A stretch of 63,238 nucleotides of DNA, filler included, from Candidatus Rokuibacteriota bacterium (GCA_031406795.1; 10 parts of 10 records of this genome joined end to end with filler, not necessarily neighbours in it); one strand, 5' to 3'. Positions 9,825-24,469 are shown, numbered from the whole stretch's first letter. Program-made: numbers and translations. The notes: generated by a model not told the origin, from the letters alone.

Positions 9825-10396
9825 GCCGCGGCCACGACATTCCCGTGCGCCTCACGACGCCGCTATCGCGCTGGGACACGGAGTCCCTGCACGCCGGCGA
9901 CCGCGTCCTGCTCTCGGGGGTCGTCTACACAGCCCGCGACGCCGCCCATGCGCGATTGATCGCGCTCCTCGAGCAGGGCGAGCCGTTGCCGTTCCCCACC
10001 GAGGGTCAGGTGCTCTATTACGTCGGGCCGACTCCCCCGCGGCCCGGCATGCCGATCGGCTCGGCCGGCCCGACGACCAGCGGCCGGATGGACCCCTACA
10101 CGCCCGCGCTGCTCGCCGCGGGCATCAAGGGGTTGATCGGCAAGGGCAGGCGCTCGGCGGAAGTCCGCGACGCGCTGGCGAAACACCACGCCATCTACTT
10201 CGCGGCCACCGGGGGCGCGGGCGCGCTGCTCGCGCTGAAGATCAAGAGCGCGGAGGTGGTGGCCTGGGAGGATCTCGGCGCCGAGGCCGTGCGCCGGCTC
10301 GTCCTCGAGGAGTTCCCCCTCGTGGTGATCAACGATGTCTTCGGCAACGATCTTTACGAGGAAGGCGCGGCCCGTTACCGCGTGGACAACCGCTGA
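9821..10396 (+). CDS. Fe-S hydro-lyase (class I fumarate hydratase) beta subunit
   Basis: YTARDAAH, YYVGP, GPTTSGRMD, IGKG; GTGA overlap with the alpha subunit. Confidence 0.92.
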   Translation: MSRGHDIPVRLTTPLSRWDTESLHAGDRVLLSGVVYTARDAAHARLIALLEQGEPLPFPTEGQVLYYVGPTPPRPGMPIGSAGPTTSGRMDPYTPALLAAGIKGLIGKGRRSAEVRDALAKHHAIYFAATGGAGALLALKIKSAEVVAWEDLGAEAVRRLVLEEFPLVVINDVFGNDLYEEGAARYRVDNR

Positions 10397-10450
10397 CGGG
10401 GGGACGGCGGATCCCCGGTCCGCCCCCGCCGTGACAGGAGACGACCAACC

Positions 10451-12658
10451 ATGACCCGAACTGCCGATCCGCTTGCCCCCACGGGAAAGGAACTGCGGCA
10501 GCTGCTGGCCCGTCGCCTTCACGACCCGCACAGCGTGCTCGGCGTCCATCCCGTCCCCGGGCGCCCCGCGACCTGGGTGCTGCGCGCTTTCCACCCCGGC
10601 GCCGACAGCGCCGAGGCGCTCCTGCCCGGCGGCGCGCTCCCGCTGCGGCGCCTGCACCACACCGGTCTTTTCGCGGTGCTGCTCGGGGAGCGCGCGGAGC
10701 CCCCGTCCTACCGGGTGCGCTTCTACTTCGCCGGGGGCGGCGTCGTCGAGCGCGACGACCCCTACCGCTTTCTCCCGACGCTCGGCGACCTGGATCTGCA
10801 CCTGATCGGCGAGGGGTCGCACCAGCGGCTCTGGGAGGTCCTCGGATCGCACCTGCGGGTCGTGGACGGCGTCGCGGGCGTCGCCTTCGCCGTCTGGGCG
10901 CCGAACGCCGCGCGCGTCAACGTCGTCGGCGATTTCAACGCCTGGGACGGGCGCGTCCACCCGATGCGGCCGCTCGGCAGTTCCGGCGTCTGGGAGCTGT
11001 TCATCCCCGAGTTGGCCGAATGGGCGATCTACCGCTATGAAATCGTCGCCCGGGACGGCTCGCTCTGCCTCAAGACCGACCCGCTGGCGTTCACCTCCGA
11101 GCTGCGCCCGAAGACCGCCGGACTCGTCTTCGACCACGATCGCTACGCCTGGGGCGACGCCGACTGGCTGGCGGCGCGCGCCGGACGCGTACCGCGCCAG
11201 GAGCCGCACGCGGTGTACGAGGTGCACATCGGCTCGTGGATGCGCTCGGGAGGCGAGAGCGGCGAGTGGCTCACCTACCGCGAGATCGCCCCGCTGCTCG
11301 TCGCTCACGTGCGCCGCCTCGGCTTCACCCACGTCGAACTGCTCCCCGTGGCCGAGCACCCCTTCGATCCCTCCTGGGGTTATCAGGTGACCGGTTTCTT
11401 CGCGCCGACGAGCCGTTTCGGCAGCCCGGACGATTTCAAGTTCTTCGTCGACACCCTGCACCAGGCCGGCATCGGCGTGATCCTCGACTGGGTCCCCGGC
11501 CACTTCCCCCGCGACGAGTACAGCCTGCGCCGCTTCGACGGCACGGCGTTGTACGAGCACGAGGACCCGCGGCTCGGCGAGCACCCGGACTGGGGGACGA
11601 TGATCTTCAACTTCGGACGCAGCGAAGTGCGCAACTTCCTGCTCGCCAACGCGCTGTTCTGGCTGGAGGTCTTCCACATCGACGGACTGCGCGTCGACGC
11701 CGTGGCCTCGATGCTCTATCTCGATTACAGCCGCAACGACGGAGAGTGGATCCCCAATCGCTACGGGGGGCGCGAGAACCTCGAGGCGGTGGCCTTTCTG
11801 CGCCGGCTCAACGAGCTGGTCTACGGCCTGCACCCCGGGTGCTTCACGATCGCCGAGGAGTCGACGGCCTGGCCCGCGGTCTCGCAGCCGGTCTGGCTCG
11901 GCGGCCTCGGCTTCGGCTTCAAGTGGAACATGGGCTGGATGCACGACACGCTGTCCTACTTCGCCCGCGACCCCGTGCACCGCGTCCACCACCACAACGA
12001 GCTGACCTTCTCGATGCTCTACGCCTACACCGAGAACTTCGTGCTGCCGCTCTCGCACGACGAAGTCGTCCACGGCAAAGGCTCGCTGCTCGGCAAAATG
12101 CCCGGGGACCGCTGGCAGCAGTTCGCCAACCTGCGCCTGCTGCTGGGGTTCTTCTGGACGCACCCCGGCAAGAAACTGCTGTTCATGGGCAGCGAACTCG
12201 CCCCGGACCAGGAGTGGAACCACGACCGCGGGCTGCCGTGGCACCTCGCCCAGGACCCGCCGCGGGCCGGCGTGCTGCGTCTGATGGAAGACATCGGGCG
12301 GCTCTACCACGGCGCGCCGGCGCTCTGGGAACTCGATCACTCGCCGGAGGGGTTCTGCTGGATCGACTGCCAGGATGCCGCACAGGGGGTCGTCTCTTTC
12401 GTGCGTCGCGGCAAGCGCGACCACCTCGTCGTGATCCTGAATCTCACGCCGGTGCCGCGACTCGGGTATCGGGTCGGGCTCCCCGAATTGCGGCGCTACC
12501 GCGAAGCGATCAACACCGATGCCGCGATCTACGGCGGCGGCAACCTGGGCAACGGCGGGGCGGTCCGTGCCGAGCCGCTCCCGATGCACGGCTACGCCCA
12601 GTCCGCCGCGTTCACGCTGCCGCCGCTCGCCGCGCTCATCCTGCAGCCGGCCGACTGA
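10451..12658 (+). CDS. glgB: 1,4-alpha-glucan branching enzyme
   Basis: FAVWAPNA, YEVHIGSW, SWGYQ, DGLRVDAVASMLY, AEEST, LPLSHDEVVHGK. Confidence 0.97.
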   Translation: MTRTADPLAPTGKELRQLLARRLHDPHSVLGVHPVPGRPATWVLRAFHPGADSAEALLPGGALPLRRLHHTGLFAVLLGERAEPPSYRVRFYFAGGGVVERDDPYRFLPTLGDLDLHLIGEGSHQRLWEVLGSHLRVVDGVAGVAFAVWAPNAARVNVVGDFNAWDGRVHPMRPLGSSGVWELFIPELAEWAIYRYEIVARDGSLCLKTDPLAFTSELRPKTAGLVFDHDRYAWGDADWLAARAGRVPRQEPHAVYEVHIGSWMRSGGESGEWLTYREIAPLLVAHVRRLGFTHVELLPVAEHPFDPSWGYQVTGFFAPTSRFGSPDDFKFFVDTLHQAGIGVILDWVPGHFPRDEYSLRRFDGTALYEHEDPRLGEHPDWGTMIFNFGRSEVRNFLLANALFWLEVFHIDGLRVDAVASMLYLDYSRNDGEWIPNRYGGRENLEAVAFLRRLNELVYGLHPGCFTIAEESTAWPAVSQPVWLGGLGFGFKWNMGWMHDTLSYFARDPVHRVHHHNELTFSMLYAYTENFVLPLSHDEVVHGKGSLLGKMPGDRWQQFANLRLLLGFFWTHPGKKLLFMGSELAPDQEWNHDRGLPWHLAQDPPRAGVLRLMEDIGRLYHGAPALWELDHSPEGFCWIDCQDAAQGVVSFVRRGKRDHLVVILNLTPVPRLGYRVGLPELRRYREAINTDAAIYGGGNLGNGGAVRAEPLPMHGYAQSAAFTLPPLAALILQPAD

Positions 12659-12678
12659 CGCGAGGTCCTGGCGCTCCG

Positions 12679-14240
12679 ATGGGCGAAAGCCGGATGACCC
12701 CGCTCGAGCGACTCGCCGCCGCGAACGGCATCGAGCCCTTGTGGCGCGACAACTGGGGGGGCGTCCATCCCACCAGCCCGAAGACCAACGCCGGTTTGCT
12801 CGCGGCGATGGGCATCGGCGCCGCATCGGCCGCCGAAGCCCGACGCTCGCTGGCCGCGCAACAGCAGGCCGCGTGGTGCGAACCCGCCCCGCCGGTGCTC
12901 GTCGTGCGCACCAACACGCCGCCCGCGCGCTTCTCGATCGCCCTGCCCCGCCCCAGCGGCACCGCCCGGCGGGGGCAGCCGCAGGTCTCGCTCGAGACCG
13001 TCGAGGAGACGGGCAGCCGGCGGCTCGTCAACCTCGCCGCCGGCGCGGTCGCCCACCTGGGCACCCGAACGTACGGGGACCGCGACTGGGATCGGTACGA
13101 GATCCCGCTGCCCGGCCCCTTGATGCCCGGTTACCACGAGCTGCTGGTCGTGGTCCGGCGGGACCAGGTCGTGCTCCAACAGGCGGTAGCGCTGATCGTC
13201 TGCCCGGAGCGGGCCTACGAAGCGCCTGAAGCCGATGGGGGGGCGCGCTCGGCGGGCCTGGGCGTGGCCCTCTACGGCGTGCGTTCCGACCGCAACGCGG
13301 GCGTCGGCGACTTCGGCGACCTGCGGCGTCTGACCCGCTGGGCCGTACGAGCGCTCGGCGCACGCTTCATCGGGCTCAACCCGCTGCACGCCATCCGCAA
13401 CCGCTACCCCTTCAACCACAGCCCGTATCTGCCGCTGAGCAGCCGCTTCGCCAACCACCTCTACCTGGAACTCGAGGCAATACCCGAGTTCGCCGCCAGC
13501 GACGCGGCCCAGCAGCAGCTGGCCGCCGCCGCGCCGCTGCTCGCGCGTCTGCGCGCGACCCCGCACGTCCCCTACGACGAGGCGGACGAATTCAAGCTGC
13601 GCGTGCTGCGCACCCTGTTCGCGGAATTCCTCGCCGGCTGCTGGAATCGCGCCGGGGACAGCCCGCGGCGCAAGCGCTTCGAAGACTTCCTCGCACGCGA
13701 AGGTCGGGCCCTCGAACAGTTCGCGCTGTTCCAGGCAATCGACGCCCAGCTGATCGCGGCCGGCGAGTGCGGCTGGTCGTGGCGCCTCTGGCCGGAGGGG
13801 TTCCGGCGCCCCGACGGCCCGGACGCGCGGGCGTTTCTCGAACAGCGGCGCGAAGAGGTCCTCTTCCGGCAATACGTGCAGTGGCAGCTCGACGAGCAGC
13901 TCGGCCAGCTCAATCGCGACGCGAGCCAGGCCGGGCTGAGCCTCGGGTACTACCACGACCTGGCGCTGGCCGTGGACGGGCAGGGCGCCGACACCTGGGC
14001 GCAGCAGGAGCTCTTCGCCGCGGGGGCCCGGGTCGGGGCGCCGCCGGATGACTTCAACGCCGCGGGCCAGGATTGGGGCTTTCCGCCCCCGCATCCGCAG
14101 CGCGACCGCGCGGCGGGTTACCGGACGTTCGCCGCGCAGATCCGCTGCGCCTGCCGGCACGCCGGCCTGCTGCGCATCGACCACGTCATGCGCCTCGCGC
14201 GCCTGTTCTGGATTCCCGACGCGATGCCGGCGTCCGCCGG
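12679..14240 (+). CDS. malQ: 4-alpha-glucanotransferase (3' truncated)
   Basis: GVGDFGDL, GLNPLHA, SPYLPLS, YHDLALAV, GAPPDDFNAAGQDWGFPP, LRIDHVM. Confidence 0.93.
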
Positions 14241-14340
14241 NNNNNNNNNNNNNNNNNNNNNNNNNNNNNNNNNNNNNNNNNNNNTTAATTAATTAANNNN
14301 NNNNNNNNNNNNNNNNNNNNNNNNNNNNNNNNNNNNNNNN

Positions 14341-15993
<1,653 letters not shown>

Positions 15994-16008
15994 TCCTTAC
16001 GGTGATCG

Positions 16009-16054
16009 GGCGGAGTCGAGGGGGTTCGAACCGTGACCCCCTGACTTCCATCCA
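16009..16054 (-). other. Degenerate tRNA 3'-half remnant (possible att scar)
   Basis: The minus strand contains GGTTCGAACCCCCTCGACTCCGCC (T-loop plus acceptor-stem-like end); no D-arm or 5' half is recognisable. Confidence 0.4.
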
Positions 16055-16160
16055 TGCGCGGCGGAGTCGGCGGCCCTCGCGGCGAGATGCAGTGTCCGTC
16101 TCGCCGTGATGGTTCCGCCCGGTGCCGGCAAGCCGCCCCTCGCTCGCGGTATCCTCCGGC

Positions 16161-16727
16161 ATGATCGAACCGCTACCGCCGCCGCGCCACTACTCTGCGG
16201 ACGAGCTCGCCCAGGTACTCACGATCGAGCGCCCGCACCGCGCTCTCCTGCGATACTACGCGCTCGGGCTCGTGTTGTACCTGCCGGTCTTCCCCGTCCT
16301 CCCTTTTGTCGCCCTGCTGCTGTACTTCCGATATCACACGATGCGCTATCGGTTCGACCAGCAGGGCGTGATGATGCGTTGGGGGATCCTCTTCCGCCGC
16401 GAGATCGTGCTCGCCTACGCCCGCATCCAGGACATCCATCTCACGAGCAACGTCGTCGAACGCTGGTTCGGCCTGTCGCGCATCCAGATCTCCACGGCCA
16501 GCGGCTCGGCGGCGGCGGAGATGACGATCGAAGGACTGCGCGAGTTCGAGCTCGTGCGCGACTTCCTCTACACGCAGATGCGCGGGGCGGGGGCGACGGC
16601 GACGGTGGGCGCCGTTCCCCTGGAGGGCGCGGCCATGGCGACCTTGTGCGACGCCCTCCATCAGGTGAGCGAGGATCTGCGCGCCGTGCGCGTGGCCTTC
16701 GAGACCTCGCGCGGGAAGACGTCATGA
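16161..16727 (+). CDS. Bacterial PH-domain (bPH_2/YdbS-like) membrane protein
   Basis: TM helix, then YRFDQQGV...YARIQDIHL...ERWFGL...ISTASGS. Confidence 0.8.
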   Translation: MIEPLPPPRHYSADELAQVLTIERPHRALLRYYALGLVLYLPVFPVLPFVALLLYFRYHTMRYRFDQQGVMMRWGILFRREIVLAYARIQDIHLTSNVVERWFGLSRIQISTASGSAAAEMTIEGLREFELVRDFLYTQMRGAGATATVGAVPLEGAAMATLCDALHQVSEDLRAVRVAFETSRGKTS

Positions 16728-17575
16728 TCGGCCTCGGCCTCGCCTTCTTCAAGGCCCTGACGCTGTCCCTCATGCGCGTGCCCGCCGAGCCACACCTGCC
16801 GGCCGGCGACCCCGGATCGGCCCGGGTGTTCCGCGCCGGGCTCAACTATTGGCGGCTGCGGTGGCTCTGGTGGATCGTCCATCAGGCGTTCACCTTCGTC
16901 GTCTTCATCCTGATGCTAACCCTCCTTCACAACGTGCCCGACACCCTCCACGTCAAGCAGGGAAAGGGCGAGAACCGGCGCACGGTGCCCGTTTCCATCG
17001 GCGGCGCCGTCGTCGCCGCCCGCGTCGTCGAGAGCGTGAGCTGGGTGCTGTGGCTCGTGCAGATGCCCCTCACCTTCGCCCTGGCTCGGCTCGACTACGA
17101 GATGCGGTGGTACATCGTGACGGATCGCGCGGCCCGGCTGCGCGACGGCATCCTGAAGGTCAACGAGATGACGCTCACCCTGGCGAACGTGCAGGACATA
17201 CGCATCAATCAGGGGCCGCTCCAGCGGCTCCTCGGATTGGCGGACGTCGAGCTGCGCACGGCCGGCGGATCGGAGACCTCGCCCAATCCTCACACCGGAC
17301 AGGGGATGGGGCCGAACCTGCACCTGGCCCGCTTCCGGGGCGTGGACAACGCTCCCGAGATCCGCGACCTCGTGCGCGAGCGCATGAAACACGCCCGCGG
17401 CGCGGGCCTGGGAGACCCCGACGACAGTGTCCACGAGGAGAGGGCACCGGGCTCGACGGAAGCGCTGACGCTCGCCATCGACGCGATCACGCGGGAGGCA
17501 GCCGCGCTGCGGCAGGCCGTGGACACTCCCCCTTCCCGCAGTGGCGAGACAGAGGGCGACGCCGGTGCCTATTGA
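16724..17575 (+). CDS. Bacterial PH-domain (bPH_2) membrane protein
   Basis: Two TM helices, WYIVTDRA...NVQDIRINQGPLQRLLGLADVELRTAGG; ATGA coupling to the previous gene. Confidence 0.8.
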   Translation: MIGLGLAFFKALTLSLMRVPAEPHLPAGDPGSARVFRAGLNYWRLRWLWWIVHQAFTFVVFILMLTLLHNVPDTLHVKQGKGENRRTVPVSIGGAVVAARVVESVSWVLWLVQMPLTFALARLDYEMRWYIVTDRAARLRDGILKVNEMTLTLANVQDIRINQGPLQRLLGLADVELRTAGGSETSPNPHTGQGMGPNLHLARFRGVDNAPEIRDLVRERMKHARGAGLGDPDDSVHEERAPGSTEALTLAIDAITREAAALRQAVDTPPSRSGETEGDAGAY

Positions 17576-17708
17576 GGCACGATCAGGAATCGGAGCGGTC
17601 GCGGTCGTNNNNNNNNNNNNNNNNNNNNNNNNNNNNNNNNNNNNNNNNNNNNTTAATTAATTAANNNNNNNNNNNNNNNNNNNNNNNNNNNNNNNNNNNN
17701 NNNNNNNN

Positions 17709-18714
17709 CGACCAGCAGCGGGACGCGTGCGGCCAGCTCGCGCACCACCTTCTCCGGGAAGGGCCAGGCGGTTATCAGCTTGAGCAGGCCGACGCGGATC
17801 CCCTCGCGGCGCGCCAGCGCCATCGCCTCCAGCGCGGGCCGCACCGTGATGCCGTAGGCGACGATCACCGCCTCGGCATCCTGCGTGTCGCGCTCCTCGA
17901 CCATGACGATCTCGTCGACGTTGTGCCGGATCTTGTTGACGAGCCGCTCGACCATTTCGCGCTGAATCTCCGGCGTGAGCACCGGGTAGCCGCGCCGGTC
18001 GTGCGTGAGCCCGGTGACGTGCATGCGATAACCGGTTCCGGCCGCCGGCATCTCCGGAATTCCGTCGGCGCCGGGCTGATAGAGCAGGAATTCCCCCGGC
18101 GGCTTCGTCGGCGCGCGCCGCGGCGTGACGGCGATCTGCTCGACGGCCGGGATGACGACCTTCTCGGACATGTGGCCGATCACCTCGTCGGTCATCACGA
18201 GCACCGGCAGCCGGAAGCGCTCCGAGAGGTTGAACGCGTGCACCGTCAGGTCGAACAGCTCCTGCGGCGACGAGGGGCAGAGCGCGATGATCTCGTAGGG
18301 GCCGTGCGAGCCCCAGCGCGCCTGCATCATGTCCCCCTGCCCGGCGGCGGTCGGCAGCCCGGTCGAAGGCCCGGCGCGCTGGACGTCGACCACGACGCAG
18401 GGGGTCTCGGTGACGATGCCGAGCCCGAGGTTCTCCATCATCAGCGAGAAGCCCGGCCCGGAGGTCGAAGTCATGGTCTTCGCCCCGCCCCACGCGGCGC
18501 CGAGGATTGCGGCCATCGAGGCGATCTCGTCCTCCATCTGGATGTAGATCCCGCCGATCTTCGGCAGGCGCTCCGCCATGCGCTCGGCGATTTCGGTGGC
18601 GGGGGTGATCGGGTAGCCGGCGAAGAAGCGGCAGCCGACGGCGATCGCGCCCTCGGCGCAGGCCGTGTCGCCGTTCATGAACCAGGTGCCGGTGAGCGCG
18701 TGCGGCGTCGTCAC
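17709..18714 (-). CDS. korA: 2-oxoacid:ferredoxin oxidoreductase alpha subunit (3' truncated)
   Basis: FFAGYPITPATE, QMEDEIAS, TSGPGFSLM, QRAGPSTGLPT; lies downstream of sucCD. Confidence 0.88.
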
Positions 18715-19013
18715 GGCTTCGCCCCCCCGTTCGCGGGCGGCGGCTCTTTCCCCGGCGGGACGATTTCGGTGGAGTGGATCGCGAAATCCGGGCAGAGCAC
18801 CTCGCAGAAGTGGCAGTTCACGCACCAGGCGCCGGCCTTGACCTCCGGCGGGTAGTAGCCCTTGGCGTTGAACTGACTCGAGCGCTCGAGCACCTGCTTG
18901 GGGCAGAACTCGATGCAGATGCCGCAGCCCTTGCAGCGCTCGCTGTTGATCCGCACCGCGCCGCGCGGGACGTGGACCTGCCCCGCGTCGAGCGGCGTGC
19001 GCCAGTATTTCAC
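18711..19013 (-). CDS. 4Fe-4S dicluster ferredoxin (oxidoreductase delta subunit)
   Basis: [12 protein letters not shown] and [19 protein letters not shown] at 19013 overlaps the sucD stop. Confidence 0.88.
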   Translation of the reverse strand: MKYWRTPLDAGQVHVPRGAVRINSERCKGCGICIEFCPKQVLERSSQFNAKGYYPPEVKAGAWCVNCHFCEVLCPDFAIHSTEIVPPGKEPPPANGGAKP

Positions 19014-19948
19014 GCGCTCCCTCGTTTTCTGCCCCCGGGCTTCTTCCCGGGCGTCGTCGGGCCCGCCGCGCGCCGCGCCTCGAACCACGCGGCGACCGTC
19101 TCGCCCATGCGCGCCGGGTTCTCGATGACGGTGACCCCGGCGGCGGCGAGCGCCGCGGCCTTGCCCGGCCAGCCCCCCTGGCCGTGGGAGATCACGGCGC
19201 CGGCGTGGCCCATGCGCTTGCCCGGCGGCGCGGTGCGCCCGGCGATGAACGAGAAGACCGGCTTGGTCACGTTCTCCTTGATGAACGCCGCGGCCTCTTC
19301 CTCGGCGCTGCCGCCGATCTCGCCGAGCAGCACGATCGCCTCGGTCTCGGGGTCCTCCTCGAACAGGCCGAGGCAATCGACGAAGGTCGTCCCGATGACC
19401 GGGTCGCCGCCGATTCCGACGCAGGTCGACTGGCCCAGGCCGCGGCCGGTGAGCTGGTGCACGACCTCGTAGGTCAGCGTGCCGCTGCGCGAGATCACAC
19501 CGACAGTGCCGGGCTTGTGGATCGAGCCGGGCATGATGCCGACCTTCGCGGCGGCCGCCGGGGTGATCAGCCCCGGACAGTTCGGTCCGATCAGGCGCAC
19601 CCCGTGCGCGTTGACTTCGCCGACCGCCAGCAGCGTGTCGCGCACCGGGATCCCCTCGGTGATGCAGACGATCAGCGCCACGCCCGCCGAGGCGGCCTCG
19701 CAGATCGCATCGGCGGCCCAGGGGGGCGGCACGAAGATCAGCGAGACGTCCGCGCCGGTCTCGCGCACCGCCTCGGCGACGGAGCCGAACACCGGGAAAC
19801 CCTCGTGGGTCGTGCCGCCCTTGCCGGGGGTGACGCCGCCGACCACGCGCGTCCCGTACTCGCGCATCTGGGCGGCGTGGAAACTCCCCTCCTTGCCGGT
19901 GATCCCCTGGACGATGACGCGCGCGGTGCGATTCAGCAAGATTCCCAC
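19010..19948 (-). CDS. sucD: Succinyl-CoA synthetase alpha subunit
   Basis: [35 protein letters not shown]. Confidence 0.95.
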   Translation of the reverse strand: MGILLNRTARVIVQGITGKEGSFHAAQMREYGTRVVGGVTPGKGGTTHEGFPVFGSVAEAVRETGADVSLIFVPPPWAADAICEAASAGVALIVCITEGIPVRDTLLAVGEVNAHGVRLIGPNCPGLITPAAAAKVGIMPGSIHKPGTVGVISRSGTLTYEVVHQLTGRGLGQSTCVGIGGDPVIGTTFVDCLGLFEEDPETEAIVLLGEIGGSAEEEAAAFIKENVTKPVFSFIAGRTAPPGKRMGHAGAVISHGQGGWPGKAAALAAAGVTVIENPARMGETVAAWFEARRAAGPTTPGKKPGGRKRGSA

Positions 19949-19950
19949 GG

Positions 19951-21113
<1,163 letters not shown>

Positions 21114-21117
<4 letters not shown>

Positions 21118-23042
21118 GACACCACCCCCTTGCCGCGCACGTGCCGCAGCGCCCCGCCGGCCCGCACGACCTCCAGGTCGCGCGCGCCGAGCTGGTGCTT
21201 GAGCGCAATCTGGTCGCCGTTCCCGTTCACCAGCGTCGCCAGGCCCAGGTCGAGGTCGGCCAGGTCGAGGCGCACGCGTTCGCCCTGCTCGATGCGGTCG
21301 TAGTCCTCCTCCCGCACGAACGTCAGCGGCAGGATGCCGAAGTTCACCAGGTTCGCCATGTGGATGCGCGCGAACGACTTGGTGACCACGGCCCGCACCC
21401 CGAGGTGCATCGGGGCGAGCGCCGCGTGTTCGCGGCTCGAACCCTGCCCGTAGTTGCGCCCGCCGACGACGAACCCGGTGCCCGCCCGCTTCGCGCGCGC
21501 CGGGAACTCCGGGTCGACCGCGGCGAAGACGAATTCGGCGATCGCCGGGATGTTCGAGCGCAGCGGCAGCACCTTCGCGCCCGCGGGCATGATGTGGTCG
21601 GTCGTGATGTCGTCGCCGACCTTGATCAGCACCTCCCCCTCGAGGCCGTCGCCGAGCGGGGTGCCTTCGGGCAGCGGCTTGATGTTCGGGCCGCGGACGA
21701 TCTCGACGCGTTCGGGCTCAGTCGACGGCGGCAGAATCATGCCGTCGTCGACCAGGAACGCGCCCGGCGCCTTGACGCGCGGCGCGGCGCCGAGGGCGCG
21801 CGGGTCGGCGATCGTCCCGGCGATGGCCGAGGCCGCGGCGACCTCGGGGCTCACGAGATAGACCGCGGCGTCCTTCGTGCCGCTGCGCCCCTTGAAGTTG
21901 CGATTGAACGTGCGCAGCGAGACCGCGCCGGTCGGCGGCGCCTGACCCATGCCGATGCAGGGGCCGCAGGTCGATTCGAGGATCCGGGCGCCGGCGCCGA
22001 CCAGATCGGCGAGCGCGCCGTTGGCGGCGATCATCGCGAGCACCTGGCGCGACCCGGGGGAGATCGTCAGGCTGACCTCGGGGTGGACGCGCCGGCCCTT
22101 CATGATCGCGGCGACGGTCATCAGGTCGCGGTACGAGGAGTTCGTGCAGGAGCCGATGCAGACCTGCTGGACCGCGGTCCCGGCCAGCGACTCGACGGTC
22201 CGGACCGCGTCCGGGCTGTGCGGCGCGGCCGCCAGCGGCACGAGCCCGGCCAGATCGATTTCCTCGATGCGGGCGAAGCTCGCGCTCACCCCCGGCTCCA
22301 ACTCGCGCCAGGACCCGCCGCGCCCCTGCGCATCGAAGAACTTCTGTGTCACGCGGTCGCTCGGAAAGATCGACGTGGTGGCCCCCAGTTCCGCCCCCAT
22401 GTTCGTGATCGTGGCGCGCTCGGGCACCGCGAGGGAGCGCACGCCGCCGCCGAAGTACTCGAAGATCTTGCCCACGCCCCCCTTGACGGTGAGACGGCGC
22501 AGCAGCTCGAGGATCACGTCCTTCGCCGAGACCCACGCGGGCAGCTCGCCCAGCAGGCGGACGCCGACGACCTCCGGGGCGGTCAGCGTGAAAGGCTCGC
22601 CGGCCATCGCCAGCGCCACGTCCAGGCCGCCGGCGCCCATCGCCAGCATCCCGAGGCCGCCGGCCGTCGGGGTGTGGCTGTCCGAGCCGAGCAGGGTCTT
22701 GCCCGGCACGCCGAAGCGCTCGAGGTGCACCTGGTGGCAGATGCCGTTGCCGGCCCGCGAGAAGAGCAGGCCGTATTTCGCGGCCACCGACTGCAGATAG
22801 CGGTGGTCGTCGGCGTTCATGAAATCCGTCTGGAGCGTGTTGTGGTCGACGTAACTCACCGAGAGTTCGGTGCGCACCCGCGGCACGCCGAGGGCCTCGA
22901 ACTGCAGGTAGGCCATGGTGCCGGTGGCGTCCTGGGTCAGGGTCTGATCGATCCGGACGGAGATCTTCTGCCCGGGCTCGAGGTCCCCGGAGACCAGGTG
23001 CTCCCGAAGAATCCGGTACGTCAACGATTCCCGCTTCGCCAT
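21114..23042 (-). CDS. Aconitate hydratase (small ~640 aa type)
   Basis: [50 protein letters not shown]. Confidence 0.93.
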
Positions 23043-23151
23043 CTTCCGTTCCCGCTCCCCGTCCAGCGTTGGCACCGTTGCCAAAACAGCAAAAAATGAT
23101 ACCGTGAGCGCGGCTGAAATCAAAGAGAAAAGGGAGGGCGGGGGCGGAGAG

Positions 23152-23712
23152 ATGGGGAAGCTCCGGGAAGCGCCGCCGGCCAGGCTCTTCGTGGCCGTCA
23201 TGCACCGCCCCGAATTCGATCCGGAGGCGTTGCTTGCGGAACTCGCCGGCAGGTATGGAGCCGTGGACTCCCGCTGCGCTCCGTACCCGTTCGGGTCGAG
23301 CTACTACGAGGCGGAGATGGGGCCGGGCCTGGCCAAGTTCTTCGTCTCCTTCGGGCCGCTAATCGCCCAGGATCGCCTGGCGGGCGTGAAACGGGAGACG
23401 AACAGCCTCGAGGAGCTCGGGGCCGACTCCCGGGGGCGACTCTGCAATCTCGATCCCGGGATCATCACCCACTATTCGGTCATCCTGGCCACGACCAAGG
23501 GCTACGCCCACCGCATCTATCTCGGGGAGGGGATCTACGCGGAGCCGACGCTGCTGTTCCGGCGCGGCGGCCTGGAGGCGCTGCCCTGGAGCTACCCGGA
23601 CTACCAGACCCCCGCGGCGCACGCCTTCTTCAGGGCGGCGCGGCGAAGCCTGCTGGAAGAGACCTCCCCGACAATCCCTTCACACACGCTATGCGGCGGC
23701 GGGCACGACTGA
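23152..23712 (+). CDS. DUF4416-family protein
   Basis: SSYYEAEMG...KRETNSLE...NLDPG...LATTK...HRIYLGEGIYAE...PWSYPDY. Confidence 0.75.
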   Translation: MGKLREAPPARLFVAVMHRPEFDPEALLAELAGRYGAVDSRCAPYPFGSSYYEAEMGPGLAKFFVSFGPLIAQDRLAGVKRETNSLEELGADSRGRLCNLDPGIITHYSVILATTKGYAHRIYLGEGIYAEPTLLFRRGGLEALPWSYPDYQTPAAHAFFRAARRSLLEETSPTIPSHTLCGGGHD

Positions 23713-23913
23713 AGTTGACTGCGCGGCACTATCCAGTCGTGGTGGTGGCGGGTAAGACTGGATAAGGCCGCGGCGTTCTAATCACATGTTGCGAAAAGAG
23801 AAAGAGCAACAAGGCTAGCTGCACTCCGATTGCCTCTGTGATCGACCTTGAGTATTATGATCGTGAAGCCCTAAATCAGTGGGGGCAGCCTGGCGAGGCA
23901 CTGGGAGGAAGTC

Positions 23914-24132
23914 ATGACGAAGTTACTAGAAAGAGCATTCAAGAGAGCGTCCCGCCTTCCCGTGGTTGAGCAGAATGCTCTCGCCAAATGGCTGATTGAT
24001 GAGCTCGAAGCTGAACGGGCCTGGGACGCTAGGTTTGCGGAGTCTGAGGACATTCTCGAGTCACTAGCAGATGAAGCCATCGAACTCCGGAAGAAAGGCA
24101 AAGTCAAATCCCTTGACCTGAGCAGGCTGTGA
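23914..24132 (+). CDS. Type II antitoxin
   Basis: 72 aa MTKLLERAF...LPVVEQNALAKWLIDELEAERAWDARF; lower GC; GTGA overlap with the toxin. Confidence 0.75.
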   Translation: MTKLLERAFKRASRLPVVEQNALAKWLIDELEAERAWDARFAESEDILESLADEAIELRKKGKVKSLDLSRL

Positions 24133-24407
24133 ACTCCAAAGTCCATTGACAGGTTTTGGAAACTCTACGCGGCGCTGCCGTCAGACATCAAAAGGCAAGC
24201 TCGCGCTGCATTTCACCGGTTCCAATCAGATCCATATCATCCCGGCCTGCACTTCAAGCGCGTTCATTCCACCAAGCCAATCTATTCGGTCAGGGTATCA
24301 CGTGACTATCGAGCCGTCGGCTTGTTCAGGAAGATGACATCACTTGGTTCTGGATTGGTTCTCACGAGGACTACGACAGGCTGATCAAGGTCAAGAAGCA
24401 CGCATAA
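24129..24407 (+). pseudogene. RelE/ParE-like toxin with two frameshifts
   Basis: Joining frames gives ...DRFWKLYAALPSDIKRQARAAFHRFQSDPYHPGLHFKRVH...YSVRVSRDYRAVG / QEDDITWFWIGSHEDYDRL; shifts near 24140 and 24325. Confidence 0.75.
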
Positions 24408-24469
24408 CCAGACGTTGTAGCCGGCACGCTTGCAACAAATTCAAGTCGGGTACAAACGGGGGGAGGCAC

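Noticed and set aside
10394-10435. Hairpin after the fumarase beta TGA as a SECIS
   Set aside because: The protein is already complete at that stop, and the loop (TCCCCGG) lacks the G-first GGTC form.
9863-12826. Long antisense or alternative-frame ORFs (also 35471-38515, 39340-41616, 44239-46692 and others)
   Set aside because: Shadow ORFs caused by high GC; they overlap well-supported genes and show no motifs.
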